Positions 52,897 through 64,000 of a stretch of DNA of 64,000 bases are shown here, piece after piece. The position numbers were made by a program, and so were the translations under genes. How positions within the stretch are numbered: the stretch's first letter is position 1; the number at the start of each line of letters is the position of its first letter. The DNA comes from Macrostomum lignano (lineage: Eukaryota): contig NIVC01000365.1 in NCBI GenBank assembly GCA_002269645.1, forward strand, positions 248,001-312,000. Direction: 5' to 3'. The notes below the pieces were generated by a model. It saw nothing but the letters and a program-made list of their open reading frames with translations. It ran no database searches and was not told the DNA's origin.

Positions 52897-53726
52897 CGCG
52901 CTCACGAGTCTGTGTTGTTTCCTGGAAAACAGGCAGGCTTTGCCAGCTCTGCCCTGCTGCGTCTCTAATCTTATTTAGAGGTCTCCGCCGCCGTCCCAGC
53001 CGCTCGGCCGGCCGCCATTGGCTGCAACTGTGGCCACCTCGCCTGAGGTGAAAAACTCTCGCTGCCGAGCCTCCCACGCCTGCCGACAGCCCGGCGCCTC
53101 CGAGTGGCCACTCGAGGCCGGGTCAGGAAAGGGGGTTCGGCGCTCAGCCTCTGTCCTTCTCTTGTCATTTTTCGGATCTCATTTCTCTTGTTAAAAGATT
53201 GAAAATCTTTCAATGCCTGCTAATTAAGGTCGCCATAATGAGACTGCGACAGAAGCGAAGTGTTTGTTATTCTTCTCAACTGCTCTTTTTCTATTTAACA
53301 GAAGGTCACCTGCCAACATTTGAAGTTCTGCTCACGCAGTGGAAAGATGACAGAAGTTCGAGTTTTGTTTTTCATTTTTTTCGAATTTCGCCTACTTTTA
53401 TCAGTAGTGTTTTGCAGCATCAAACAGTCCCGAGAGACACTACAAACTTTGAATGATGCTTTTAAAAATGACATCTTGAACTTTCAAAAGTCGCAAATGC
53501 ATGAGAGAAGATTTTAGCTTTATCAACACGAAAAAATTCCTAAAATATCACCTTCTGAACTTCCCAATTCTATTTGAGGATAGCATATGGGCTTCGTTCG
53601 AAGTCTTGCGGACCGAATGGAAGTTATTTGGTGTTTAAAATCTACCTCGAGAACTGAACCAACTGTCAGTCAGGCTTAAATGTGTTTTTATAACTCAGCT
53701 TCTTAACGTATGAGCATGGTATCGCT

Positions 53727-54375
53727 TTGGACAATCAAAACGGGACGCCATAGACATTCAAGCCAAGCCACAGATCTTACCCTAGTCACATGGACTTAAG
53801 CAGTTTAGCAGTCTAACTGAGGGAGGCTTGGCCATAGACTATAACTTTGGACATTCAATATGGGAAAAAGCCCAAAGATTTGCTCGTCTTTGGCCTGAAA
53901 GCAACCCCATTCCCTGGCGCCACCATTTCCTGTAGCAGATCGCCAGCGGATGATTGATGCGGTTCAACAAATGTCAGCCATCCCAAGAGCTGCAAGAATC
54001 TTCCGAATCTACGGACACCAAAGATTCTTTGTTCACTTTGTTCACTTTTAAATATTCCAGTGGTCCTGGGATATAAAAAGTACATTAAATTGGGCGAATT
54101 CACGTTTTGAATGGTTTTTTTCCCATTTTGATTGTCCATTCCACATTCTATTGTTGTGCATTCCCAAGCAGCCCGAGTCTGTGCATCGTCTGGCTTGAAT
54201 GTTTATGGCGTCCCGCTTTGATTGTCCAAAATCCCGTTTAGATCGTTAAAAGAAAAAAGAAAGATCAGCCTGTGCTCAAAATTCATGTCTATGGCCAAGC
54301 CGTAGAACAAAGTTTCGGCGAAGTGTCATCTTTTTAGTGTGTTTTCCTGTACGGATTTGTCTATGGCCAAACCTC
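53727..54375. mobile_element. Interleaved inverted-repeat element, probably a non-autonomous DNA transposon relic
   Basis: 53727-53765 vs 54191-54229 are inverted (37/39 identical); 53825-53839 vs 54287-54301 are inverted (15/15). GCCATAGAC motif recurs on both strands. Confidence 0.45.
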
Positions 54376-54779
54376 TCTGGGCGCTATATAAAAATTTCAG
54401 ATCACAGCGAAATCTTTGCTGAATTATTCGGCACGGAGGCTGCCGTTGCGTGCACCCAACCAATTTTCCACTCATTCCTTTTATGGAATTGAAAACCTGA
54501 GCTGGGGCAGGAGAGGGCTGCAGCTTGAAGACGGCTCAGGCAAGTCAATGCGTGACTGGCACCTGCGCTTCCCATTGTAAACCAAGGCTTGCGCAAAGTG
54601 CTGCTAAAATTTATAGCCTGAAAAAAGCATAAAAAATGGGGCCGCCTCTTGCCTGGATACAATGGCTGTAGCTTGCATTTAGCTCTTTACTGCCATTTTG
54701 AACTTTATTGGTTTTGCAATTAATAGCTTTTGGACATGGCCGCCTGCGAGTTAATGGTATCTGAGTGACCCCGTGCGGT

Positions 54780-55795
54780 AGCTGTCTGACTAGATGGGTA
54801 GCTGACTGACTAGATAAGTAGCTGACTGACTAGATAAGTAGCTGACTGACTAGATAAGTAGCTGACTGACTAGATGGGTAGCTGACTGACTAGATAAGTA
54901 GCTGACTGACTAGATGGGTAGCTGACTGACTAGATGGGTAGCTGACTGACTAGATAAGTAGCTGACTGACTAGATGGGTAGCTGACTGACTAGATGGGTA
55001 GCTGACTGACTAGATGGGTAGCTGACTGACTAGATAAGTAGCTGACTGACTAGATAAGTAGCTGACTGACTAGATAAGTAGCTGACTGACTAGATAAGTA
55101 GCTGACTGACTAGATAAGTAGCTGACCGACTAGATAAGTAGCTGACTGACTAGATAAGTAGCTGACTGACTAGATGGGTAGCTGACTGACTAGATAAGTA
55201 GCTGACTGACTAGATAAGTAGCTGACTGACTAGATGGGTAGCTGACTGACTAGATAAGTAGCTGTCTGACTAGATAAGTAGCTGACTGACTAGATAAGTA
55301 GCTGACTGACTAGATGGGTAGCTGACTGACTAGATGGGTAGCTGACTGACTAGATGGGTAGCTGACTGACTAGATGGGTAGCTGACTGACTAGATAAGTA
55401 GCTGACTGACTAGATGGGTAGCTGACTGACTAGATGGGTAGCTGACTGACTAGATGGGTAGCTGACTGACTAGATAAGTAGCTGACTGACTAGATAAGTA
55501 GCTGACTGACTAGATAAGTAGCTGACTGACTAGATAAGTAGCTGACTGACTAGATAAGTAGCAGACCGACTAGATAAGTAGCTGACTGACTAGATAAGTA
55601 GCTGACTGACTAGATGGGTAGCTGACTGACTAGATAAGTAGCTGACTGACTAGATAAGTAGCTGACTGACTAGATGGGTAGCTGACTGACTAGATAAGTA
55701 GCTGACTGACTAGATGGGTAGCTGACTGACTAGATGGGTAGCTGACTGACTAGATAAGTAGCTGTCTGACTAGATAAGTAGCTGACTGACTAGAC
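54780..55795. repeat. 20-bp minisatellite (GTAGCTGACTGACTAGATAA/GG), ~50 copies
   Basis: Exact period of 20. Confidence 0.97.
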
Positions 55796-56444
55796 TCCAT
55801 TGATAAACAATGAACAGATGGGTTCAAATGCCCTCTACCAGAACTGTAAGACTGCATAAATCAATTCTTAATCTGTGCTTGGTCTGACTTCTATAACCCA
55901 GCTTCATCAGTGAGTTGTCTCAGTCACATGCAGCATGCAACTGCCCCCCTGGCCACCCCTGTCTATCTATCTATCCATAGCCTGCCAAAGACACCGTGAG
56001 AACCGGAGAGTCTGAGCCTAAGCGCCCCAACTGCTTGGCCAGTTTCAATTGTTGCCACATCTTTTGCAGCGAGGGTATGGGGAGGGTAGAGAGAGGGAGA
56101 GTGCTGAGTCTCTGAGTGAGGGACACTTTCTGAGAGCACGCATGAAGACAAGGCTGAGCTGCAACGCGAGCTGCGAAGCTGCAGAAGCTGTTGGGGGGGG
56201 GGGGTCAGGCCTGATTAGAGAGTGTCGTCAGTAGCGCGCACGCGACACAGGAAAAAGTTACAAGCCCGAGCACAGCGGGCGGGCGGCGCCAACTATAGGG
56301 AGCTCGGAATTAAGCAATTAATTCATCATTTTAGGGCTGGAATGTCCACGTTGAGTCGTCTAAGAGTGCTCAGTTTTCTTTCGAAATTGGAATTGACAAC
56401 TTTGGACAAAAAGAAGCCTCCCGGGGTTCGGGACTCAGGCTTCC

Positions 56445-57340
56445 GATCCAATCCAATCCAATCCAATCCAATCCAATCCAATCCAATCCAATCCAATCTA
56501 ATCCAATCCAATCCAATCCAATCCAATCCAATCCAATTCATTCCAATCCATTTCAATCTATTCCAATCTATTCCAATCTATTCCAATCTATTCCAATCTA
56601 TTCCAATCTATTCCAATCTATTCCAATCTATTTCAATCTATTCCAATCTATTCCAATCTATTCCAATCTATTCCAATCTATTCCAATCTATTCCAATCTA
56701 TTTCAATCTATTCCAATCTATTCCAATCTATTCCAATCTATTCCAATCTATTCCAATCTATTCCTATCTATTACAATCTATTCCAATCTATTCCAATCTA
56801 TTCCAATCTATTCCAATCTATTCCAATCTATTCCAATCTATTCCAATCTATTCCAATCTATTCCAATCTATTCCAATCTATTCCAATCTATTCCAATCTA
56901 TTCCAATCTATTCCAATCTATTCCAATCCATTCCAATCTATTCCAATCTATTCCAATCTATTCCAATCTATTCCAATCTATTCCAATCTATTCCAATCTA
57001 TTCCAATCTATTCCAATCTATTCCAATCTATTCCAATCTATTCCTATCTATTCCAATCTATTCCAATCTATTCCAATCCATTTCAATCTATTCCAATCTA
57101 TTCCAATCTATTCCAATCTATTTCAATCTATTCTAATCTTTTCCAATCTATTCCAATCTATTCCAATCTATTCCAATCTATTCCAATCTATTCCTATCTA
57201 TTACAATCTATTCCAATCTATTCCAACCTATTCCAATTCAGTCCAATCCAATCCAATCTATTTTATTTACAACCAGGTTGTAAATATTCTATTTCATCCC
57301 AATCCATTTCAATCCAGTCCATTCGAATCGAATCCAATCA
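56445..57340. repeat. (TCCAA)n grading into (TTCCAATCTA)n satellite
   Basis: Direct reading. Confidence 0.96.
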
Positions 57341-57992
57341 CCACCCCGTGTGCCTCTGTCATTTCACCTACGCAGCTATTATCAGCTATTACCATAGAGG
57401 TCCATCGCGGGTCGAAAAAGCATGAATTAACAATTTAAGCAGATTTATCTGGTAAAACGCGTACAGCCTACTTACATAGAGAGTAGATTCCTGGTTGGAC
57501 TGAATGCCAATTGTCCGATAAAATTTAAATGTCTACAGAATCTCGCAACTCTAAATAATAGAAATAACTGGAGTATTGATAGTTATAACAGGACTCAGCC
57601 AGTGCCACCGCGCCCTCATGCGAGCTCATGCATACTTATATTTATTTCAACGGCTGTATTTCGATAACCTCCTTTATAGAAATGCGAGATAAAATGAAAA
57701 TACAAGAAACAGGCGAGTTGAGCGAGTCTTGCTTGAGTTGAAGGTTTGACTTTTTAATTCGCTACATTAAGCACTGGAGGTACCCATAGGTATAGTACCA
57801 AGTATTTAGAATGAACTCTATGTGTACTTGTAAATACTAGTCTAGATGTACAGTATAAACTGTATTTAAGTTCCTATCAAGTGGCCAGCAGTAAAATACC
57901 TACTGAGCGAATCTAAAATATTTTAAGAGTAAAAACTTGTGTTGGCTGTTTTCAGTATAACTGCCTGACGCTGGGTCTCAGCTGATCACCTC

Positions 57993-58556
57993 AATGGGAT
58001 TCTAGTGGGATTTCAATGGGATTCTAGCGGGATTTCAATGGGATTCTAGCGGGATTTCAATGGGATTCTAGCGGGAGTTCAATGGGATTCTAGCGGGATT
58101 TCAATGGGATTCTAGCCGGGATTTCAATGGGATTCTAGCCGGGATTTCAATTGGATTCTAGCGGGATTTCAATGGGATTCTAGCCGGGATTTCAATTGGA
58201 TTCTAGCGGGATTTCAATGGGATTCTAGCGGGATTTCAATGGGATTCTAGCCGGGATTTCAATGGGATTCTAGCGGGATTTCAATGGGATTCTAGCCGGG
58301 ATTTCAATGGGATTCTAGCGGGATTTCAATGGGATTCTAGCGGGATTTCAATGGGATTTCGTAGGATTTCAATAGGATTTCGTGGGATTTCAATAGGATT
58401 TCGTGGGATTTCAATAGGATTTCGTGGGATTTCAATAGGATTTCGTGGGATTTCAATGAGATTTCGTGGGATTTCAATAGGATTTCGTAGGATTTCAATA
58501 GGATTTCGTGGGATTTCAACGAGATTTCGTGGGATTTCAATAGGATTTCGTGGAAT
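57993..58556. repeat. Adjacent 22-bp (GGGATTTCAATGGGATTCTAGC) and 21-bp (GGATTTCGTGGGATTTCAATA) arrays
   Basis: Direct reading. Confidence 0.93.
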
Positions 58557-58641
58557 TCTGATAGTACACTCTGACTGAGCAAGCTGAGGCCATCCAGCGG
58601 CATCCCCAGCCGCACAGCAGTGCAGCAGCTCCACCAGCACT

Positions 58642-61265
58642 TCAGGTGTTCTCCGCAAACAGCGGCTCCGCCTCCAGCTTGCGGTTTTTGACGCGGACGC
58701 TGCGCTCCAGAGCCATCCGCTTCTCCAAGTCCAGCGCGTAGTCTCCGGCCAGCTCCCACTTGTGCTCCGGCTCCACGCTGTTGCTGACCTCGGTGCCCCA
58801 CTCCGGGTACACGTGCTGGATGGTGTGCTCGACGGCCAGGTTGCGGGGCTCCAGCATGCCGCGGAACAGGCGCCAGTCCGCGTACTTCCACGGCGTGTTC
58901 TCCAGCGGCCTGTACGGGTCCGGGCCGAACGGCGTCTGCAGCCGCATGTCGCCCAGCCGGTCCGCCGTGGCGCCGGTCCGCTGGAAGTTGAAGTACAGCT
59001 GGGTGTTGTCCGGGTACGACTCCTTGACGAACAGGGCCACCGGGGCCGGCTCCAGGTACTCCTTGCGGACTTTGTAGGGCGGGAACACCTTCACCATGAG
59101 CCGGTCGCACTGGTCAATGGCTGTGCAGGTCGGGCCCTTGATGGTGAGCACCAGGTACTTCACCCAGCGGTGCGCGCCTACCCGCCGGTTCAGAATGCGC
59201 CGCGTCACCTCGATCTCGCAACCAGTGCGCCTGGCATCGAGAGGGGGGGCGATGGCCTTGAGGATGAGCTGGGGAGTGACCTCAATGAGGGTGACCCCAA
59301 GCAGGGTGACCCCAAGCAGAGTGACCCCAAGCAGAGTGACCCCAAGCAGAGTGACCCCAAGCAGAGTGACCCCAAGCAGAGTGACCCCAAGCAGAGTGGA
59401 CCCCAAGCAGAGTGACGCCAAGCAGAGTGACGCCAAGCAGAGTGACCCCAAGCAGAGTGACCCCAAGCAGAGTGGACCCCAAGCAGAGTGGACCCCAAGC
59501 AGAGTGACGCCAAGCAGAGTGACCCCAAGCAGAGTGTACCCCAAGCAGAGTGACCCCAAGCAGAGTGACCCCAAGTAAAGTGACCCCAAGCAGAGTGACC
59601 CCAAGGAGCCTACCTGGCGATGGCGCGGAACTGACTCGGCTCAATCAGGAAGGCCTCGATGACGCTGTCCGTCATGAGCACCACGAACTCCCGCTTCATC
59701 ACGTCGGCAAAGACGTTCATGCAGCCAATCACGGAGCCCTCCTTCTGCAGGTGGCCAATGCTCAGCTTCTTCTTAGCTGAAACTGGGTTCGCCTTCTCCT
59801 CCGTCTGCGGCGGCGCCTCGTCCGGAACGTCCAGATCGTCGCCCTCGCCCTCGCCTTCGCCTTCGTCCTCGGTGTCGCCTTCGAACTCGTCCGAGGTGCC
59901 TTCGCCGGCTCCGCCGCCGGCTCCGCCTTCGCCGCCTCCACCGCCGCCTCCGCCGCCTCCACCGCCGCCGCCACCGCTGCCACCGCCGCCTCCGCTGCCT
60001 CCACCGCCTCCACCGCCGCCGCCACCGCCACCGCCGCCACCGCCACCTCTGCTGCCTCCACCGCCTCCACCGCCGCCGCCACCGCCGCCACCGCCCCCTC
60101 CGCCGCCTCCGAATCCATCTGACTGAACTTCCCCGCCGCGAATTTTCTGCTTCTGCTGCTGCATGGAAAGCGACGCGCCTACCGGCTGGTTCCGCTTGTC
60201 GCCGATGCCAGCGTCCCGAGAATCCGAGTCCGTCAGCAGCTTGTCCTTGGAGGCCCGCGAGGCCCGCCGCTGCTGCGAGTCTGGCGGCGTCGGGTGAGTC
60301 CACCGCCAGTTGTCGCTGCCGCTGGAGGCGTCCGGCGACGAGTCCGCGCTGTCCTGGCTGCCCGGGCTCCTGTGGCGGCGGCAAAGGTTTGTGGATTTGT
60401 GTCCATGCTACTACTCTCTAAATAACTATCAGTAGTGCGATGTGGGTTTTTTATTTGCTACAGCTTATTATAAAAGTTTAGAAAAAAATTACTGAGTCTC
60501 ACAGATCCCAGTCTCACAAATCTCAGTCTCACAGATCCCAGTCTCACAGATCCCAGTCTCACAGATCCCAGTCTCCCAGACCCCAGTCTCACAGATCCCA
60601 GTCTCACAGATCCCAGTCTCACAGATCCCAGTCTCACAGACCCCAGTCTCACAGATCCCAGTCTCACAGCTCAGTATTGCTAGACTGAGTGTCAATAACA
60701 AAGTTGGCGTCCAAGATGCCGCCGGAGGTGGCCATCTCGCTGGTCAGGCGGGTGATGACGGTGGTCCGATGGCCGCCGCTGGAGTGCCGCTGTATATCGC
60801 TGAGACCGCACTGCATCTCTGTGGTGTTGTTGTTGGTGCTTCGGGCGGCCGCTTTGCGCTCAGCGGCCAGGATTGAGTCGTAGAGTCGGCCAGCAGCTTT
60901 CAGAGTCGACGGTTGCTGCGGCTGCTGCTGCGGCTGCTGACGCGCCTGCTGACGCAGGGCTCGCGTGGCGGCCGGCTGAGCCCGGCTGTTGGTCCAGGGG
61001 TCCCAGCCCGCGAGGCTGCTGACCCGGCCAAAGCGGCTGCAGCCGCCGGCACTGCCGGAGCTGCTCAAAGTCAGGCACTCGGCGCGCGGGAGGAGCCCGG
61101 CTCAGTTAGCAGGTCGGTCGCTGACCGGTAGCTCATTGGGGCCAAGGGCGGCGCGATGGCGAGGTGAAGGAACGAGAATGCAGGAACTGAAGACGCAAAG
61201 CAAGACAAGTCGTTTGAAGCTCTGCTCTCTGCAGCTCGGTTCTGCGTTTCGTTTGCCGCTGCCAT
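58642..61265 (-). CDS. Uncharacterised protein with poly-Gly/acidic region and degenerate KH-like motif; complement(join(58642..59230,59614..60369,60668..>61068)); start uncertain
   Basis: Three GC3-rich coding segments join through phase-2 GT-AG introns (CT|GTGAGA..CCACAG|G and AG|GTAGGC..CCCCCCCTCTCGATGCCAG|G); the middle exon is 756 nt. The junction yields FLIEPSQFRAIARRTGCEIEV...VLTIKGPTCTAIDQC. The 5' end needs either ATG 60816 or a 1-nt correction to reach ATG 61136/61265. Confidence 0.72.
59290..59605. repeat. 15-bp minisatellite (GTGACCCCAAGCAGA), intron 2 of the KH-like gene
   Basis: Direct reading. Confidence 0.95.
60490..60669. repeat. 15-bp minisatellite (CCCAGTCTCACAGAT), intron 1 of the KH-like gene
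   Basis: Direct reading; ~12 copies. Confidence 0.95.
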
Positions 61266-61394
61266 GGTTGGAAAGGGAGAGAGGCAGGAATTCCTGCTTA
61301 GCAATAGTCTATGGCCAGGATGTGAGCACTGCGCTGCTCACGGGTCTGCGGATTTAGACTTTTCTACATTCGTTGCAACCTTATTCAAGGATTT

Positions 61395-62130
61395 TGATTC
61401 CCCTTTCTCAGATTCCCCTTTCTCAGATTCCCCTTTCTCAAACTCCCCTTTCTCAGATTCCCCTTTCTCAGATTCCCCTTCTCGCATCTGTTTGAGAATT
61501 CCTCAGATTCCCATTGTTGCATCTGTTTGAGAATTCCTCAGATTCCCCTTTTCGCATCTGTTTGAGAATTCCTCAGATTCCCCTTCTCGCATCTGTTTGA
61601 GAATTCCTCAGATTCCCCTTTTCGCATCTGTTTGAGAATTCCTCAGATTCCCCTTCTCGCATCTGTTTGAGAATTCCTCTGATTCCCCTTTTCGCATCTG
61701 TTTGAGAATTCCTCTGATTCCCCTTTTCGCATCTGTTTGAGAATTCCTCTGATTCCCCTTCTCGCATCTGTTTGAGAATTCCCCAGATTCCCCTTCTTGC
61801 ATCTGTTTGAGAATTCCCCAGATTCCCCTTCTCGCATCTGTTTGAGAATTCCCCAGATTCCCATTTCTCAGATTCCCCTTCTCGCATCTGTTTGAGAATT
61901 CCTCAGATTCCCCTTTCTCAGATTCCCCTTCTCGCATCTGTTTGAGAATTCCCCAGATTCCCCTTTCTCAGATTCCCCTTCTCGCATCTGTTTGAGAATT
62001 CCTCAGATTCCCCTTTCTCAGATTCCCCTTCTCGCATCTGTTTGAGAATTCCCCAGATTCCCCTTCTTGCATCTGTTTGAGAATTCCTCAGATTCCCCTT
62101 CTTGCATCTGTTTGAGAATTCCTCAGATTC
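61395..62130. repeat. 15-bp/35-bp compound minisatellite (GATTCCCCTTCTCGCATCTGTTTGAGAATTCCTCA)
   Basis: Direct reading. Confidence 0.93.
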
Positions 62131-62506
62131 CCTTTTTTACATCGCTTTCACTTTCTTTAAGTCCGTCCAAAACTTATTTTCAACAGTTTCTAAAGCCAAT
62201 AAAAGTACAACTGTGAGCTTGAGACAGTTGCGGGCCTCTTTAGCACCTGCCTCCCATTAGCTGCCTTAATTTGGCAGCTCGACCCCCCCCCAACACCGAC
62301 TGACCCCAGCCGCTTTGATTGCTCGAAAATTCGATTCGAAATAGGGAATTTCGAAGTTGAGGCAGCAGCGGGAAAAGGCTCGAGACAAAAAAGCTACTTC
62401 TTGTGACGAGAAAATCCCGCAGGATCACGCCACCGCGTCTCTTCGAGTGGCTGCCGCCTGCTTGAGGGGGCAGTGGGGAGGGAGTCGGCCCCACTCGGAG
62501 AGCTCG

Positions 62507-62520
62507 GTTGCCATGGCAAC
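62507..62520. promoter_or_regulatory. RFX X-box (perfect palindrome GTTGCCATGGCAAC)
   Basis: Exact match to the canonical 14-bp RFX site, in a GC-rich non-repetitive segment 5' of the KH-like gene. Confidence 0.7.
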
Positions 62521-62699
62521 CAGGCCATCACAACGTGTCAAGCTGGGCAGAGCGGCGGCAGCTAATTGGCCAGAGCTGGGGAGGTGGCGGCCGGCTGCGA
62601 GCCGCTTTTAAGGCCCGGCCGGGCCGGAGCCGCCGCCGCTGCCCGCCCCGAGACAATTAAACTCCTCAAGCAATTAATTAGGCCGAGCGATTGAAGCTT

Positions 62700-62804
62700 T
62701 TTCTGCGTGTCACAGAGCACTCACTTGAACCCAATCATCTCAGCAGGCTTCCGGGTTGACGAGGCTGCTGATCGCCGATTTTTCAGTTCAGATTGTTGAC
62801 TGAG
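62700..62804 (+). other. Possible first (probably non-coding) exon of a plus-strand gene extending beyond the window
   Basis: Strong donor GAG|GTAAGC at 62805 followed by a repeat-filled, intron-like region. No convincing ORF. Confidence 0.3.
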
Positions 62805-62865
62805 GTAAGCGGCGGGTCTCGGTGGCGACCTGACTGACCAGGGTTGACCCGGGCTGACCCGGGCT

Positions 62866-63965
62866 GACCCTCTCTTACCCTCTCTCACCCTCTCCCACCC
62901 TCTCTCACCCTCCCTCACCCTTTCTCACCCTTTCTCACCCTTTCTCACCCTTTCTCACCCTCTCTTACCTACTCCCACCCTTTCTCACTCTCTCTCACCC
63001 TCTCTCACCCTCTCTTACCTTCTCTCACCCTCTCTCACCCTCTCTTACCCTCTCTCACCCTCTCCCACCCTCTCTCACCCTCCCTCACCCTTTCTCACCC
63101 TTTCTCACCCTTTCTCACCCTCTCTTACCTACTCCCACCCTTTCTCACTCTCTCTCACCCTCTCTCACCCTCTCTTACCTTCTCTCACCCTCTCTCACCC
63201 TCTCTTACCCTCTCTCACCCTCTCCCACCCTCTCTCACCCTCCCTCACCCTTTCTCACCCTTTCTCACCCTTTCTCACCCTTTCTCACACTCTCTTACCT
63301 ACTCCCACCCTTTCTCACTCTCTCTCACCCTCTCTCACCCTCTCTCACCCTCTCTCACCCTCTTTCACTCTCTCTCACCCTCTCTTACCTTCTCTCACCC
63401 TCTCTCACCCTCCCTCACCCTTTCTCACCCTTTCTCACCCTCTCTTACCTACTCCCACCCTTTCTCACTCTCTCTCACCCTCTCTCACCCTCTCTTACCT
63501 TCTCTCACCCTCTCTCACCCTCTCTTACCCTCTCTCACCCTCTCCCACCCTCTCTCACCCTCCCTCACCCTTTCTCACCCTTTCTCACTCTTTCTCACCC
63601 TTTCTCACCCTCTCTTACCTACTCCCACCCTTTCTCACTCTCTCTCACCCTCTCTCACCCTCTCTTACCTTCTCTCACCCTCTCTCACCCTCTCTTACCC
63701 TCTCTCACCCTCTCCCACCCTCTCTCACCCTCCCTCACCCTTTCTCACCCTTTCTCACCCTTTCTCACCCTTTCTCACCCTCTCTTACCTACTCCCACCC
63801 TTTCTCACTCTCTCTCACCCTCTCTCACCCTCTCTCACCCTCTCTCACCCTCTTTCACTCTCTCTCACCCTCTCTTACCTTCTCTCACCCTCTCTCACCC
63901 TCTCTCACCCTCTTTCACTCTCTCTCTCCCTCTCTCACCCTTTCTCACCCTCTCTACCCTCTCTT
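62866..63965. repeat. 10-bp-based pyrimidine repeat (CTCTCTCACC) with higher-order blocks
   Basis: Direct reading. Confidence 0.95.
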
Positions 63966-64000
63966 ACAACCTCCCTTCCTTCAAAGTTCTCTCTCAAACT

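Noticed and set aside
56222-57136. 304-aa ORF
   Set aside because: A short non-homologous lead-in followed by (TTCCAATCTA)n satellite translation.
58642-59230. Initial impression of a mitochondrial ribosomal protein
   Set aside because: No motif I can support; left as uncharacterised.
59269-59271. Acceptor CCCCAG|CTC for the last exon of the KH-like gene
   Set aside because: Phase 0 does not match the phase-2 donor at 59613; the acceptor at 59231 has a better pyrimidine tract and restores the frame.

Overview
Intron-containing metazoan genomic DNA with GC-rich exons, GT-AG introns and very dense tandem repeats. The style resembles the flatworm Macrostomum (inference only). I built six spliced genes by hand with phase-checked splice sites: presenilin (+, 2400-4964); a Shroom-like PDZ...ASD2 protein (-, 24953-8230, 6 exons, with an apparent 1-nt frameshift in exon 4); a PIAS-type SP-RING SUMO ligase (-, 30866-27822); a fatty acyl-CoA reductase (+, 39212-46834, 7 exons); a KLF zinc-finger factor (-, 52896-51669); and an unrecognised poly-Gly/acidic protein with a degenerate KH-like motif (-, ~61265-58642). 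Most other long ORFs in the track are read-throughs of minisatellites. Fifteen of the 17 modelled introns carry their own tandem-repeat array. Two domains (1-2040 and ~30950-38900) are nearly free of CpG and rich in TAG/CTA/TAGGCCTA. A SINE present once inside and once outside the large domain shows C>T/G>A changes at CpG and also at CpA, a RIP-like pattern. Also present: two tRNA-derived SINE families, a MITE, a Merlin transposase remnant and a perfect RFX X-box.
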